Shown here one piece after another: positions 10,460-21,167 of a stretch of 64,000 bases of DNA (position 1 is the stretch's first letter; each line of letters opens with the position of its first letter). The translations under genes were made by a program, and so were the position numbers. Source of the DNA: an uncultured Campylobacter sp. (GTDB lineage: Bacteria; Campylobacterota; Campylobacteria; Campylobacterales; Campylobacteraceae); the NCBI RefSeq assembly GCF_937981295.1, contig NZ_CALJPC010000095.1, positions 10,478 to 74,477 on the forward strand, given 5' to 3'. A model generated the notes under the pieces. The model did not search any database. It was not told where the DNA came from and worked only from the letters and a program-made list of their open reading frames with translations.

Positions 10460-11218
10460 CTATGCGACGCTTAGGACTTCTACCTTACCATCGAAAACCG
10501 CCATGCAGTGCTCATAGTGGCTAGTGCGAAGTCCATCCTTGCTTCTCGTGCTCCATTTATCCTCGGCGATGACCGGCGTGCCGTCCTTTTGGCAGATCAT
10601 CGGCTCGATGCAAAAAACCATGCCGTTTTTGATTTTGGGGCCCGATTTTGGATTGTTGCCCTCCAGATAGTTTGGGATCTCAGGCTCTTCGTGCGGGTGC
10701 TTGCCGATGCCGTGGCCGCAGAAGCCGTATAGCGGCACGAAGCCGCGCGCGCGGATAAATTTCTCGATCTCGAAGCTTAGCTCTTTGAAGTGCATCCCTA
10801 CCCTGATCGTTTTGATGGCAAACTCCAGCGTGTCCTTGCTGCATGCGATGAGCTCCTCGTCGGTTTTTGAAATTTTACCGACAGGCAGGGTGCGCGCGCT
10901 GTCGCCGAAATATCCGTTTAGCTTCGAGCCCAGATCGACGCCTAAGATATCGCCCTCTTGCAGGATAGTTTCGTCTGGGATGCCGTGGATAATGACCTCG
11001 TTTAGCGAGAGGCAGGCGGCGTTTGGAAAGCCGTATAGCCCTTTAAAAGCGGGATACGCGCCCTTGGAGGTGATAAAATCGTCGATCTTTTTATCGACTT
11101 CGAGCAGACTAAGACCCGGTTTTATGAACGAAGCTGCGTAATCAAGGGCTTGCGCGACGATCCTGTTCGCCGCACGAAGCCCCTCTAAATCTTTTTTTGT
11201 TTTAAGCAAAATTGCCAT
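10460..11218 (-). CDS. map: Methionine aminopeptidase type I
   Basis: CLSLNEVIIHGIP, GHGIG, IEPM, HYEH. Confidence 0.97.
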   Translation of the reverse strand: MAILLKTKKDLEGLRAANRIVAQALDYAASFIKPGLSLLEVDKKIDDFITSKGAYPAFKGLYGFPNAACLSLNEVIIHGIPDETILQEGDILGVDLGSKLNGYFGDSARTLPVGKISKTDEELIACSKDTLEFAIKTIRVGMHFKELSFEIEKFIRARGFVPLYGFCGHGIGKHPHEEPEIPNYLEGNNPKSGPKIKNGMVFCIEPMICQKDGTPVIAEDKWSTRSKDGLRTSHYEHCMAVFDGKVEVLSVA

Positions 11219-11220
11219 TT

Positions 11221-12486
11221 TTATAGCCCAACCGCGCTTAGGGTCTGATATTTGTTCATATAGATCTGCGCTTCAATGCGCCTCATCGTATCAAGAGCGA
11301 CGGAGACGACGATCAGCACGCTGGTGCCGCCGAAATAAAACGGCACGCCCATAAATTTAACGAGCAGCCACGGGATGACGGTTACTAGCCCGAGATAGAT
11401 CGAGCCCCAAAACGTAAGGCGACTTGCGACTTCGTTTAAAAAGCTCGCCGTTCCCTCGCCCGGACGAATGCCCGGGATAAATCCGCCCTGCTTCTTTAAA
11501 TTTTCGCTTATATCTTTTGAATTAAACGCGATCGATGCGTAAAAATACGCAAAAAACACGACCAAAACAAAAGTTAGGAAGTTAAAAAAGTAGTTGCTCG
11601 GGCTTAAGAAATCGTGGATCTTTTGAATGATCGGATTGGTGCTTGCCTGCAAAATAGTGGTCGGAAACATCAAAATTGCGCTTGCAAAAATCGGCGGAAT
11701 GACGCCGCTTAAATTTAGCTTGATCGGCACATAGTTCATAATGCGCTTGTTTTGATTCGCCATCAATACCTTGCGCGAAAACGAAACGGGAATCCTGCGC
11801 TCGCCCAGCTCTATGTAGATGATCACGCCGATAGTGAGCAAAACAATAGCTATGATAAGGGCGAGAATCAAGAAATTCATCTCACCGGTATTTACTAAAT
11901 TTACAGTACTTCCGATCGCTCTAGGGATGGCGCTTACGATACCTGCAAAGATAATAAGGCTGGTGCCGTTACCGACGCCGCGCTGCGTGATCTGCTCTCC
12001 GATCCACATCAAAAGCATGGTGCCTGCCAGCATCGAAATGCACGAGATAAAAACAAACTCGTTGGTATTTTCAGCCATTATCGCAGGCGCTCCGGTCTGT
12101 CCGTGGATGCCCTGTAAGCCAATGCTAACGCCGATGGATTGAACCATAGCGATTGCGATTGTAGCATATCGGATGATCTGCATATATTTCTGCATACCGT
12201 CGCGCTCTTTTTTGAGTTTGCCTAAATTTGGAAAGGTTGCGGCAAGCAGCTCCATAATGATCGAAGCGGTAATATAAGGCATAATGCCTAGCGAGATAAC
12301 GCTGAATCGCTCCGCCGCGTTACCGCTAAACATATTAAACATTCCAAAAGCGTTGTTGCTATTGTTTTGAAAAAATTGCTTTATAACCTCAACGTCCACT
12401 CCCGGAACCGGCACGTAAGCTAGCAACCTATAGGCAAAAAGAAAGCCCAAAGTAATGAGAATTTTGTTGCGTAGCGATTTATTCAT
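11221..12486 (-). CDS. secY: Preprotein translocase SecY
   Basis: LGIMPYITASII, GEQITQRGVGNG, IPGIRPG, GGTSVLIVV. Confidence 0.99.
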   Translation of the reverse strand: MNKSLRNKILITLGFLFAYRLLAYVPVPGVDVEVIKQFFQNNSNNAFGMFNMFSGNAAERFSVISLGIMPYITASIIMELLAATFPNLGKLKKERDGMQKYMQIIRYATIAIAMVQSIGVSIGLQGIHGQTGAPAIMAENTNEFVFISCISMLAGTMLLMWIGEQITQRGVGNGTSLIIFAGIVSAIPRAIGSTVNLVNTGEMNFLILALIIAIVLLTIGVIIYIELGERRIPVSFSRKVLMANQNKRIMNYVPIKLNLSGVIPPIFASAILMFPTTILQASTNPIIQKIHDFLSPSNYFFNFLTFVLVVFFAYFYASIAFNSKDISENLKKQGGFIPGIRPGEGTASFLNEVASRLTFWGSIYLGLVTVIPWLLVKFMGVPFYFGGTSVLIVVSVALDTMRRIEAQIYMNKYQTLSAVGL

Positions 12487-12887
12487 TATTTTTGTCCGCT
12501 AGACTTTACGTTCTCGTCTTTGATCTTGCTAGCGAGCGCTTTTGCGCCTACGCCGATCAGCTTGATCTTTTTAACGGAATTTGAAATTTTATGAACGGAT
12601 TTGATGCTTTCGATCGTGATCTCGCTAAGATCTTTGATAGCTTCGATTTTATCGACATTGATCACGTAAGGCTTTTCAAATTTAGAAGTAAAACCTACCT
12701 TTGGAAGCCTTCGCTGAATCGGCTGCTGACCGCCCTCGAAGCCTCTTTTTTCGTGAGAGCCGGTGCGTGCGGTCTGACCCTTTCCGCCGCGACCAGCAGT
12801 TTTACCCAGGCCGCTTCCTTGACCGCGACCCAAGCGCTTAGTAGCGTGAGTCGAGCCCGGGGCTTTTTTAAGATTTTCTAATCCCAT
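12486..12887 (-). CDS. rplO: 50S ribosomal protein L15
   Basis: [25 protein letters not shown]. Confidence 0.98.
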   Translation of the reverse strand: MGLENLKKAPGSTHATKRLGRGQGSGLGKTAGRGGKGQTARTGSHEKRGFEGGQQPIQRRLPKVGFTSKFEKPYVINVDKIEAIKDLSEITIESIKSVHKISNSVKKIKLIGVGAKALASKIKDENVKSSGQK

Positions 12888-12899
12888 CTTTTATCCTTG

Positions 12900-13343
12900 T
12901 TAGTGTTTTAACATATTAAGAGCTTTCATCGTAGCTCTTACGACATTTGAGGAGTTGTTCGAACCTAGCGATTTGGTAAGGATATCTTTAACACCCGCAA
13001 GCTCTAAAACTGGGCGGACTGAACCGCCTGCGATAACGCCGGTACCTTCGCTCGCCGGCTTAAGTAAAATTTTGCTCGCATTGTATTTAACTTCAATATC
13101 GTGAGTGATGGTAGAGCCGTTTAAATTTACCTTGATGATATTTTTAAACGCATCGTCCACCGCCTTTTTAATCGCGTCAGGAACCTCTTTGGATTTACCG
13201 AAGCCAAAGCCTACTAGACCGTTTCTATTGCCTACCACTACAAGCGCGGTAAATCTAAACCTTCTACCGCCCTTAACGACCTTCGTAACCCTACCGATAT
13301 TGACGATTACCTCTTCGAATTCTTCTCTATTATACTTTTCCAC
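12900..13343 (-). CDS. rpsE: 30S ribosomal protein S5
   Basis: [17 protein letters not shown] 13343 fits RBS spacing better than ATG 13349. Confidence 0.97.
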   Translation of the reverse strand: MEKYNREEFEEVIVNIGRVTKVVKGGRRFRFTALVVVGNRNGLVGFGFGKSKEVPDAIKKAVDDAFKNIIKVNLNGSTITHDIEVKYNASKILLKPASEGTGVIAGGSVRPVLELAGVKDILTKSLGSNNSSNVVRATMKALNMLKH

Positions 13344-13358
13344 AATCATTCCTTTGGG

Positions 13359-13715
13359 TTATAGTTTGATGCCGTTTTGGCGTAGCGACTCGGCAAAGCT
13401 TGCGATTACGCCATGATACAAATAGCCATTGCGATCGAAAATCGCCTCGGAGATGCCTTTATCCCTTAGCTTGGAAGCCAAATCTTTAGCTAGGCTAGCC
13501 GCGCCCTCTTTGTTTGCCTTTAAATTTAAAACCTTACCGCTGCTGGCGCACAAAGTTACGCTCGCTGCGTCGTCGATAGCCTGAGCGTAGACCGTCCTAT
13601 TGGATTTGAAAATAGAAATTCTAGGGCAAGATGCGACGCCTGAAATTTTAGCGCGAATTCTTCTTTTTCTCTTGATTCGTAAAGAGATCTTTCTTTTTAA
13701 TACGTTCTGTGTCAT
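13359..13715 (-). CDS. rplR: 50S ribosomal protein L18
   Basis: [25 protein letters not shown]. Confidence 0.97.
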   Translation of the reverse strand: MTQNVLKRKISLRIKRKRRIRAKISGVASCPRISIFKSNRTVYAQAIDDAASVTLCASSGKVLNLKANKEGAASLAKDLASKLRDKGISEAIFDRNGYLYHGVIASFAESLRQNGIKL

Positions 13716-13725
13716 TTCTCAACCC

Positions 13726-14262
13726 TTATTTCTTAGCTGTTTTTCCGGCTTTGCGGATGATATGCTCTTCAAGATACTTGATGCCTTTACCCTTGTACGG
13801 CTCAGGCGGTCTGAATCCTCTGATCTCGGCTGCTACTTGACCTACTTGCTGTTTATCGTCGCCTTTGATGGTTACGACGTTTTTATCTACGGAAATTTCA
13901 ATCCCCTTTGGAGGCTCAAAATTTATCGGATGCGAAAAGCCCAAATTTAGCTCAAGCACCTTGCCTTTCATCGCAGCTCTGTAGCCGACGCCGTTGATTT
14001 CGAGCTGTTTTGAAAAGCCCTCGGTAAGACCAAGGACGATATTGTTGGCTAAAGCGCGGTATGTTCCCCAATACGCCCTGCTCTGCCTATCTTCACCTTT
14101 AGGTGAGAATTCTATCTTTCCGTCTTCGATTTTTACATCGACATGACCTTTTAAATCAAGCTCTTTTTCGTTATTCGATTTTTTAAATTTTAACGACGAG
14201 CCGTCAATCTTGACCTCAACTCCGCTCGGGATAGAGATCGGTTTTTTACCAATTCTTGACAT
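13726..14262 (-). CDS. rplF: 50S ribosomal protein L6
   Basis: [19 protein letters not shown]. Confidence 0.98.
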   Translation of the reverse strand: MSRIGKKPISIPSGVEVKIDGSSLKFKKSNNEKELDLKGHVDVKIEDGKIEFSPKGEDRQSRAYWGTYRALANNIVLGLTEGFSKQLEINGVGYRAAMKGKVLELNLGFSHPINFEPPKGIEISVDKNVVTIKGDDKQQVGQVAAEIRGFRPPEPYKGKGIKYLEEHIIRKAGKTAKK

Positions 14263-14339
14263 AATTTTCCTTTTTATTTGTCTAGGGTATGTCTACTTTT
14301 ACGAATGGATACCACAATGCCATAAAAAGTAGAAACTTC

Positions 14340-14735
14340 TTACCAGATCGTGCAAAGCACTTCGCCACCGACGCCGGCTTTGTGCGCGTCGATACCGCTC
14401 ATAACGCCTTTGCTTGTGCTAACGACGACGGTTCCGTAGCCGTTTTTGAAGCGCTTGATCTCGTCTTTGCCTTGATATACGCGGCGACCCGGAGTTGAAA
14501 TTCTTTTAACTTCGTTTATCACGCTCCTGCCCTTTTCGTCATATTTAAGCACTACGTTGATGATCTTTTTATTGTTTTCCTCTACTACGTTGTAGCTCTC
14601 GATATAGCCCTTCTCGGCTAAAATTTTAAGCATAGCCTCAACGACGTTTGAGTGAAAAAGCTTAGTCGTATCTAGCCTTCGCATCGCAGCATTTCTGATG
14701 CGAGTTAATCCATCTGAAATAAGATCGTTAATCAT
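14340..14735 (-). CDS. rpsH: 30S ribosomal protein S8
   Basis: [26 protein letters not shown]. Confidence 0.98.
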   Translation of the reverse strand: MINDLISDGLTRIRNAAMRRLDTTKLFHSNVVEAMLKILAEKGYIESYNVVEENNKKIINVVLKYDEKGRSVINEVKRISTPGRRVYQGKDEIKRFKNGYGTVVVSTSKGVMSGIDAHKAGVGGEVLCTIW

Positions 14736-14744
14736 CTCTTCTCC

Positions 14745-14930
14745 TTACCAGCTTGCTTTTTTTAGACCCGGGATCAAGCCCTCGTTTGCCATCTTGCGAA
14801 GGCAAACGCGACAAATTCCAAAATCTTTATAAACGGAGTGCGGACGACCGCAAATTTGACATCTGGTATATGCGCGAGTGCTAAATTTAGCGGGGCGTTT
14901 CGCCTTGGCTACCATTGATTTTTTTGCCAT
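14745..14930 (-). CDS. rpsN: 30S ribosomal protein S14, zinc-binding (type Z)
   Basis: [28 protein letters not shown]. Confidence 0.97.
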   Translation of the reverse strand: MAKKSMVAKAKRPAKFSTRAYTRCQICGRPHSVYKDFGICRVCLRKMANEGLIPGLKKASW

Positions 14931-14931
14931 A

Positions 14932-15477
14932 TCATTTTCCTTTTGCAAAAGGCATGCCGAATAACTCTAGCAATTTAAATGCCTCTTTATCGTTATTTGT
15001 AGTCGTTACAACGGTTATATTCATACCGTGAGTTCTTAAAATTTGATCGTATTCGACCTCAGGGAACATCAGCTGCTCTTGCAAGCCGAAGTTGTAATTG
15101 CCGCGTCCGTCAAAGCCCGTTCTAGGTAGTCCTCGGAAATCCTTAACTCTAGGAAGCGCGATAGAGATCAGTTTGTCTAGGAAGGCAAACATCTGCTCCT
15201 TTCGTAACGTAACCATTATGCCTACCGGAAAACCTTCGCGAACTTTAAAGCCTGCAACCGATTTTTTTGCATTGACGATAAGCGCTTTTTGACCTGCGAT
15301 CAGCGAGATAGTATCGGCCATATTTTGAAGCACTTTTTGATCTTTGCTCGATTCGCCCGTTCCTACGCTGATAACGATCTTTTCAAGCGCCGGGATAAGC
15401 ATAGGATTTTTTATATCAAATTCTTTCTGCAAAGCAGCTCTGATGGAATTAGCGTATTTATCTTTTAGTCTGCTCAT
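14932..15477 (-). CDS. rplE: 50S ribosomal protein L5
   Basis: [28 protein letters not shown]. Confidence 0.98.
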   Translation of the reverse strand: MSRLKDKYANSIRAALQKEFDIKNPMLIPALEKIVISVGTGESSKDQKVLQNMADTISLIAGQKALIVNAKKSVAGFKVREGFPVGIMVTLRKEQMFAFLDKLISIALPRVKDFRGLPRTGFDGRGNYNFGLQEQLMFPEVEYDQILRTHGMNITVVTTTNNDKEAFKLLELFGMPFAKGK

Positions 15478-15479
15478 AA

Positions 15480-15713
15480 TCAACCCTCTACCAACGCAAC
15501 GTTTGAAATATCCATAGGCATCTCTTTGCTTGTAAAGCCGCCTTGCGGATTTTGCTCGGTTGGTTTGATAGCCTTTTTAGCCATTTTACAACCCTCGACG
15601 ATAACTTGAGCTTTTTTAGGAAACACGGCTTTGACTGTGCCTGTTTTGCCCTTATCGTCACCTGCGATGATCTTTACTTGATCGCCCTTTTTAATCTTAA
15701 ATTTTACTGCCAT
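15480..15713 (-). CDS. rplX: 50S ribosomal protein L24
   Basis: KOW motif [20 protein letters not shown]. Confidence 0.97.
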   Translation of the reverse strand: MAVKFKIKKGDQVKIIAGDDKGKTGTVKAVFPKKAQVIVEGCKMAKKAIKPTEQNPQGGFTSKEMPMDISNVALVEG

Positions 15714-16081
15714 TATAAAACCTCCGGAGCCAGCGAAACGATCTTCATAAAACCGCCGTATCTGACCTCTCTACCGATAGGACCGAAAATACGAGTGCCA
15801 ATCGGCTCTTTTTTTGAATCCAAAATAACGGCTGCGTTCTCATCGAATCTAATTAGCGAGCCATTGCCTCTGTGCAACTCTTTAGTCGTACGAACGACTA
15901 CGGCTTTTACTACTTGACCGCGCTTAATCTTGCCGTTAGGGAGCGCTTTTTTTACAGAGCAAACGATAATATCGCCGATTGTGGCGTATCTTCTTTTGCT
16001 GCCGCCCAAAACTTTAATACACATAAGTTCTTTTGCGCCGCTATTATCAGCCACCGCAAGTCTGGTAAAACTCTGTATCAT
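15713..16081 (-). CDS. rplN: 50S ribosomal protein L14
   Basis: [24 protein letters not shown]. Confidence 0.99.
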   Translation of the reverse strand: MIQSFTRLAVADNSGAKELMCIKVLGGSKRRYATIGDIIVCSVKKALPNGKIKRGQVVKAVVVRTTKELHRGNGSLIRFDENAAVILDSKKEPIGTRIFGPIGREVRYGGFMKIVSLAPEVL

Positions 16082-16332
16082 TATTCAACTCCTGTTTTCA
16101 AAACCGCTTTTAAGCGAAACGATTTTCTAGCGCTTAGCGGTCTGCACTCGATCGCAGATATGGTGTCGCCGATCTTTACGACGTTGTTCTCATCGTGGAT
16201 CAGATATTTTTTAAATCTTTTTACGATCTTTCTATATCTAGGGTGCATGACCCTTCTTTCTACCAAAACGGTAGCTGTTTTATCGCCCGCCTTCTTTACG
16301 ACTACGCCTTGAATTTCTCTTTTAAATGCCAT
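16081..16332 (-). CDS. rpsQ: 30S ribosomal protein S17
   Basis: DKTATV..HPRY.K..HDE..ECRPLS. Confidence 0.98.
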   Translation of the reverse strand: MAFKREIQGVVVKKAGDKTATVLVERRVMHPRYRKIVKRFKKYLIHDENNVVKIGDTISAIECRPLSARKSFRLKAVLKTGVE

Positions 16333-16341
16333 AACCTATCC

Positions 16342-16524
16342 TTATTTCGCTTTAATAGCGGTGTTGATTCTAGCGATATCTTTTTTGATAGCGCAAATCT
16401 CGTTAGGATTGCTTAGCTGCATAGTTTTTAGCTTTTGTCTAGCCGTAAATAAAAGCAACTTACTTTGTTTCAACATAGAATTTAGCTCAGCCAAATCTTT
16501 ATCTTTCAAATCAGTATATTTCAT
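16342..16524 (-). CDS. rpmC: 50S ribosomal protein L29
   Basis: 60 aa, KKDIARINT, position in S10 operon. Confidence 0.95.
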   Translation of the reverse strand: MKYTDLKDKDLAELNSMLKQSKLLLFTARQKLKTMQLSNPNEICAIKKDIARINTAIKAK

Positions 16525-16936
16525 TTTCGCTTTCCCTACTTACGATTTTCGTTTTAAAAGGTAGTTTATGAATCGAAAGCATAAGCGCCTCTTTAGCAAC
16601 CTCTTCGCTAACGCCGGTCATCTCGAAAATGATCCTGCCCGGTTTTATATTCATTACCCACTCTTCTACGCCGCTCTTACCTTTACCCATACGAGTTTGT
16701 AGAGGTTTTTTGGTAAGCGGTTTGTCTGGGAATACCTTAATCCAAATTTTAGCTTGACGATTCACGAAGCGCGTCATCGCGACACGAGCCGCTTCGATCT
16801 GGCGAGAATTTACCCTACCCGCCTCTACCGCTTTGATACCGAAATCGCCGAATGTCAAGGAATTTCCTCTCGTCGCATAGCCGCGATTGCGACCTTTCAT
16901 CATCTTGCGGTATTTTGTTCTTTTTGGCATCAACAT
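16511..16936 (-). CDS. rplP: 50S ribosomal protein L16
   Basis: [17 protein letters not shown]. Confidence 0.98.
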   Translation of the reverse strand: MLMPKRTKYRKMMKGRNRGYATRGNSLTFGDFGIKAVEAGRVNSRQIEAARVAMTRFVNRQAKIWIKVFPDKPLTKKPLQTRMGKGKSGVEEWVMNIKPGRIIFEMTGVSEEVAKEALMLSIHKLPFKTKIVSRESENEIY

Positions 16937-16938
16937 AA

Positions 16939-17634
16939 CTATTTACCTCTTCTTGGTCTGCGTGTTTTTTTAGGCGCATCATCGGTCTTTTCAGCCTGGA
17001 TGCCTTTTTGTAAAATTTCACCCTTAAAGATCCAAACCTTAATGCCGATATTACCGTAGGTCGTATGCGCTTCGGCAAAGCCGTAATCGATCCTAGCCCT
17101 TAGAGTATGAAGCGGAACGCGTCCCTCCAAATACCATTCGGTTCTAGCCATCTCCGCACCGCCCAAGCGACCTGCGACGCAAATTTTAATTCCCTTTGCG
17201 CCTGCTTTTTGAGCGCCTTGGATGACTTTTTTCATAGCGCGGCGGAATGCAACGCGGCGCTCTAGCTGCATAGCTACGTTTTCCGCAGCCAAAAGTGCGT
17301 TCGAGCCTACTTTGCGCTCCTCTTTGATATTGATGGCGATGTCTTTATTGACTAGCTTAACGACTTCGCTTCTTAAATTTTCGACCTCGCCGCCTTTTTT
17401 GCCGATGATAATACCCGGTCTTGCGGCTACGATCGTTACGCGAATTTTCTTAGCCGTTCTTTCGATAAGAATTTGGCTAATTCCCGCATAGTAAAGCTTA
17501 GCTTTTAAAAATTTACGGATCTTGTAATCCTCGCCGATACTCTCGGAAAGCGTCGCTTTAGAAGGAAACCATCTAGACTCCCAATTTCGATTAATTCCTA
17601 ATCTTAAACCGATCGGATTTACTTTCTGTCCCAT
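16939..17634 (-). CDS. rpsC: 30S ribosomal protein S3
   Basis: [22 protein letters not shown]. Confidence 0.99.
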   Translation of the reverse strand: MGQKVNPIGLRLGINRNWESRWFPSKATLSESIGEDYKIRKFLKAKLYYAGISQILIERTAKKIRVTIVAARPGIIIGKKGGEVENLRSEVVKLVNKDIAINIKEERKVGSNALLAAENVAMQLERRVAFRRAMKKVIQGAQKAGAKGIKICVAGRLGGAEMARTEWYLEGRVPLHTLRARIDYGFAEAHTTYGNIGIKVWIFKGEILQKGIQAEKTDDAPKKTRRPRRGK

Positions 17635-17967
17635 TTACGCTTCCTTCTTACTTGGTTTTGCTACTTCGACGATAATGTGCGAAGTAGGCTTGCGGATACG
17701 GCTAGCCGTACCTCTGGCGCGCGGACGAAATCTCTTAAGCACCGGACCCGCATCCACTCGGCAGCTGGTAACTACGACCTCTTCGGGCTCAAAGCCGCCG
17801 TTTGCGACCGCACTTGAAATCGCCGTAGCGATATATTTCGCGCCGCGATTAGGCGTAAATTCCAAAGTAGCAAGGGCAAATTCCGCATTCATGCCTTGAA
17901 TTTGTTTTGCGATAAGTCTTGCTTTTGTCGGCGAAAGGCGAACAAATTTAATAGTTGATTTACTCAT
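17635..17967 (-). CDS. rplV: 50S ribosomal protein L22
   Basis: [16 protein letters not shown]. Confidence 0.98.
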   Translation of the reverse strand: MSKSTIKFVRLSPTKARLIAKQIQGMNAEFALATLEFTPNRGAKYIATAISSAVANGGFEPEEVVVTSCRVDAGPVLKRFRPRARGTASRIRKPTSHIIVEVAKPSKKEA

Positions 17968-17976
17968 ATTCTATCC

Positions 17977-18258
17977 TTACTTGCCGATCTTTTTCTGCAC
18001 GGAGCCTTTGTGGCCTTTGAAAGTGCGCGTAGGAGCGAACTCGCCTAATTTATAACCGATATGATGCTCGGTGACGTAAACCGGGATAAAATTCTTTCCG
18101 TTATGAACGTTAAACGTAAGTCCGATCATCTCAGGCACGATCGTGCTTCGTCTCGACCAAGTCTTGATCGGTTTGTTATCGCCGGCTTTCTTTGCCGCAA
18201 CGACTTTTTTCATTACGTGATCATCTACGAAAGGACCTTTTTTTAGCGATCTAGCCAT
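17977..18258 (-). CDS. rpsS: 30S ribosomal protein S19
   Basis: [17 protein letters not shown]. Confidence 0.99.
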   Translation of the reverse strand: MARSLKKGPFVDDHVMKKVVAAKKAGDNKPIKTWSRRSTIVPEMIGLTFNVHNGKNFIPVYVTEHHIGYKLGEFAPTRTFKGHKGSVQKKIGK

Positions 18259-18260
18259 TT

Positions 18261-19091
18261 TTATTTTCCTTTCCTTCTTGAAATTATAAGCTTATCGCTC
18301 GCTTTTTTATGGCGAGTTTTATAGCCCTTCGTCGGTTTACCCCACGGAGTTACCGGATGGCGACCGGAGTTTTTCTTGCCCTCGCCACCGCCGTGCGGGT
18401 GATCAACCGGGTTCATTGCAGAACCTCTGGTTTGAGGACGGATACCTCTGTGGCGGTTACGTCCGGCTTTACCAATGACGACGTTTGCCCACTCTTCGTT
18501 ACCCACTACGCCGATACTAGCCATACACTCTGCAAGCACTCTTCTCATCTCACCGCTAGGCAGACGCAAAATGACGTATTTTTCCTCTTTACCCATAAGC
18601 TGAGCATAGCCTCCTGCGCTACGTGCCATTTGGGCGCCTTTGCCGGGTTTTAACTCGATATTGTGCAGGATAGTTCCCACAGGGATGTTTTTCATCTTCA
18701 TCGCGTTGCCAGGTTTAATATCTAATCCACCCTCGGCAGCGGCTACTACGTCGCCCACTTTAAGATCGTTAGGCTTGATAATGTAGCGCTTCTCGCCGTC
18801 TGCGTATGAGATCAATGCGATACGGCAGTTGCGATTCGGATCGTATTCAATCGCCTCGACCTTGCCAGCAACGCCGAATTTATTTCGCTTAAAATCGACA
18901 ATTCTATAAAGTTTAGCGGCTCCAGCTTGTTTATGACGGCTGGTAATGCGACCGTTATTGTTCCTTCCGGCAGCGGCAGGAATTTTAACAAGCAAACCTC
19001 TAACGCTAGCTTTTGCAGTGATATCCTCGCTGCTAAGACCAGTCATAAATCTTCTACTTGGAGTATAGGGTTTATAAGTTTTAATCGCCAT
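18261..19091 (-). CDS. rplB: 50S ribosomal protein L2
   Basis: [20 protein letters not shown]. Confidence 0.99.
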   Translation of the reverse strand: MAIKTYKPYTPSRRFMTGLSSEDITAKASVRGLLVKIPAAAGRNNNGRITSRHKQAGAAKLYRIVDFKRNKFGVAGKVEAIEYDPNRNCRIALISYADGEKRYIIKPNDLKVGDVVAAAEGGLDIKPGNAMKMKNIPVGTILHNIELKPGKGAQMARSAGGYAQLMGKEEKYVILRLPSGEMRRVLAECMASIGVVGNEEWANVVIGKAGRNRHRGIRPQTRGSAMNPVDHPHGGGEGKKNSGRHPVTPWGKPTKGYKTRHKKASDKLIISRRKGK

Positions 19092-19092
19092 T

Positions 19093-19374
19093 TTACGCCT
19101 CCACGCTTTCTAAGCTTGCACCCTCAGGTAGTTTGACGTAGAATTTCTTCACATCATTTCTAACGCCAGTTCTGCCTTTAAATCTTTTTACTTTGCCGTC
19201 CTGTCTTAAAGAATTTATCTTTAGCGGAGTGATCCCGAAATAGTTCTTCAAAACGCTCTTTAGTCCGTTTTTCGTAACCGACGGGCTAGTTTGGATAACG
19301 ACCACGCCGTTTTCTTGAAGACCGAGAGACTTTTCCGTATAAAGGATCGTTTTGATATCTGTTATATCTGCCAT
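19093..19374 (-). CDS. rplW: 50S ribosomal protein L23
   Basis: YTEKS, KKFYVKL; operon position. Confidence 0.96.
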   Translation of the reverse strand: MADITDIKTILYTEKSLGLQENGVVVIQTSPSVTKNGLKSVLKNYFGITPLKINSLRQDGKVKRFKGRTGVRNDVKKFYVKLPEGASLESVEA

Positions 19375-19375
19375 T

Positions 19376-19990
19376 TTAGTCCTCTTTCACTATTGATTCA
19401 AATGCCGCTTTTTCGAATACGACCGAGCCGTAAACTGCGATTAGGTAAGCATTGACCTCGCTTGCATCGATGACATAGCAATTTTTTAGATTTCTATAGG
19501 CCAAAAGAGTTTGTGCGTCTAGCTCGTTTTTAACGATTAGCGCATCTCTAACGCCCAGTTTCTTAATAAAATTTGCCGCATCTTTGGTTTTACCGCTTTT
19601 TAGCTCCAAATCGTCGAAGATAAAAATTTTACCCTCGTTTGCTTTCTCATTGATAGCAAATTCCAGCGCAAGGCGTTTTTGCTTTTTATTGACCTTCTGC
19701 TCGTAATTTCGCTCGTTAGTCGGACCGAATGCGACCGCGCCGCCTACCCAGACATTGGTTCTGGTTGAGCCCGCTCTAGCGCCGCCGCGGCCCTTTTGTC
19801 GCCATGGTTTTTTACCGCCGCCACTAACCTCGGCGCGAGTTTTAGCGTTAGCCGTATTTGCACGAAGCGAAGCAAGGTAAGATTTGACGTACAAATATAG
19901 ATTGTGCGAATTGACTTCCGAAAATTTCACAGGGATTTCAATTTCGCTTGCTTTTTTTAGTTTTTCGTTAAGCACGCTTACTTTACTCAT
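19376..19990 (-). CDS. rplD: 50S ribosomal protein L4
   Basis: [18 protein letters not shown]. Confidence 0.98.
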   Translation of the reverse strand: MSKVSVLNEKLKKASEIEIPVKFSEVNSHNLYLYVKSYLASLRANTANAKTRAEVSGGGKKPWRQKGRGGARAGSTRTNVWVGGAVAFGPTNERNYEQKVNKKQKRLALEFAINEKANEGKIFIFDDLELKSGKTKDAANFIKKLGVRDALIVKNELDAQTLLAYRNLKNCYVIDASEVNAYLIAVYGSVVFEKAAFESIVKED

Positions 19991-20565
19991 TTTACTATCC
20001 TTATTCTGCCCATTGCACCGTTAAATCCAGGAACCGAGCCCTTAAGCACTAAAATTTTATTCTCGGCATCAAAGCTTACGACTTCGTTTTTAGCAGTGAT
20101 CGTTTCGTTTCCAGTGTGTCCCGCCATCCTCATACCAGGCTGAACGCGACCGGGCCACTCGCAGTTGCCAATAGAACCAGGTCTTCGGTGGAAGCGGCTA
20201 CCGTGCGCTGCAGGACCGCCCGCAAAACCATGACGTTTGATAACGCCCTGATAGCCCTTACCCTTGGATCTGAAGCTTACTTTTACGATCTTAGCTCCGC
20301 TCAAAACATCTAAATTTTGATCGCCAAGCTCGGCATTTTCTAAGCTTAGAGTCGCAAATTTATTAAATTCCTTGCTTAGGCTATATTTCTTTTGAATTCC
20401 GGCGATAGCTTTGTTATGCGCTTTGCCGTCTGCGTAGGCTACGATAGCTTTTTTCTCATCGCAAACTTCGCAAATTTTGGTATTAATAAGTCGCAAAAGA
20501 GTCACGGGCGTGCTGCTCGTGTTGATCGTCCTACTCATACCTATTTTTTCTACGATATATTCCAT
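19987..20565 (-). CDS. rplC: 50S ribosomal protein L3
   Basis: [27 protein letters not shown]. Confidence 0.98.
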   Translation of the reverse strand: MEYIVEKIGMSRTINTSSTPVTLLRLINTKICEVCDEKKAIVAYADGKAHNKAIAGIQKKYSLSKEFNKFATLSLENAELGDQNLDVLSGAKIVKVSFRSKGKGYQGVIKRHGFAGGPAAHGSRFHRRPGSIGNCEWPGRVQPGMRMAGHTGNETITAKNEVVSFDAENKILVLKGSVPGFNGAMGRIRIVK

Positions 20566-20576
20566 TGTTTTACCCC

Positions 20577-20888
20577 TTATTTGCCCATCGCGTGAACTTC
20601 GACGTTGACTTCCGGAGCCAAATCAAGCTTAGTTAGCGAATCAACCGTATCTGGCGTAGCCGCTACGATGTCTAGCATACGAGCGTGAATTTTCATCTCA
20701 AACTGCTCTCTGGAGTCTTTATTTACGTGCGGAGATCTTAAAACGGTGTAGCGTTTAATCTTCGTAGGCATCGGCACGGGACCTCTGACGTCCGCACCTG
20801 TTCTTTTTACGGCTTCAACGATAGCCGAAACTGTGCGATCTAAAACTCGATGGTCATAAGCCTTGAGTTTTAACCTAATTTTTTGCAT
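20577..20888 (-). CDS. rpsJ: 30S ribosomal protein S10
   Basis: [25 protein letters not shown]. Confidence 0.99.
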   Translation of the reverse strand: MQKIRLKLKAYDHRVLDRTVSAIVEAVKRTGADVRGPVPMPTKIKRYTVLRSPHVNKDSREQFEMKIHARMLDIVAATPDTVDSLTKLDLAPEVNVEVHAMGK

Positions 20889-20951
20889 CACTTTTCCTTA
20901 ATAAAGAACTTGTCGCAACGCGCGACCTTTTGTTTCAAACAAAAGACGCAC

Positions 20952-20980
20952 ATTATATAAAAGCGCTCCCTTTTTGTCAA
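20952..20980 (-). promoter_or_regulatory. Sigma70-type promoter of the S10 operon
   Basis: Minus strand reads TTGACA-aaaagggagcgctttta (17 nt)-TATAAT, about 60 nt upstream of rpsJ. Confidence 0.8.
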
Positions 20981-21006
20981 GAAAATAACCAAATTTTATG
21001 GAAATA

Positions 21007-21150
21007 TTTCCTTTTAATAAGGAAAGATATATAGAATTTCGAAAATTTTTAGAGTGCCGAAAAATTTCAATACAAAAATTTTGGATAAATTTAGAAGGAT
21101 ATAAAAAATCTCATAGGATTTTTCAGATTTATTTCCTTTTAATAAGGAAA
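21007..21150. repeat. Two identical copies of palindrome TTTCCTT-TTAAT-AAGGAAA (21007-21025, 21132-21150)
   Basis: Read directly; 125 bp apart in the rpsJ/ATPase divergent region. Confidence 0.8.
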
Positions 21151-21167
21151 ATTTTAAAATACTCGCT

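Noticed and set aside
12888..12899. Missing rpmD (L30) between rpsE and rplO; no adk or infA around secY-map
   Set aside because: Lack of rpmD here is normal for Campylobacterales; other genes may lie elsewhere in the genome.
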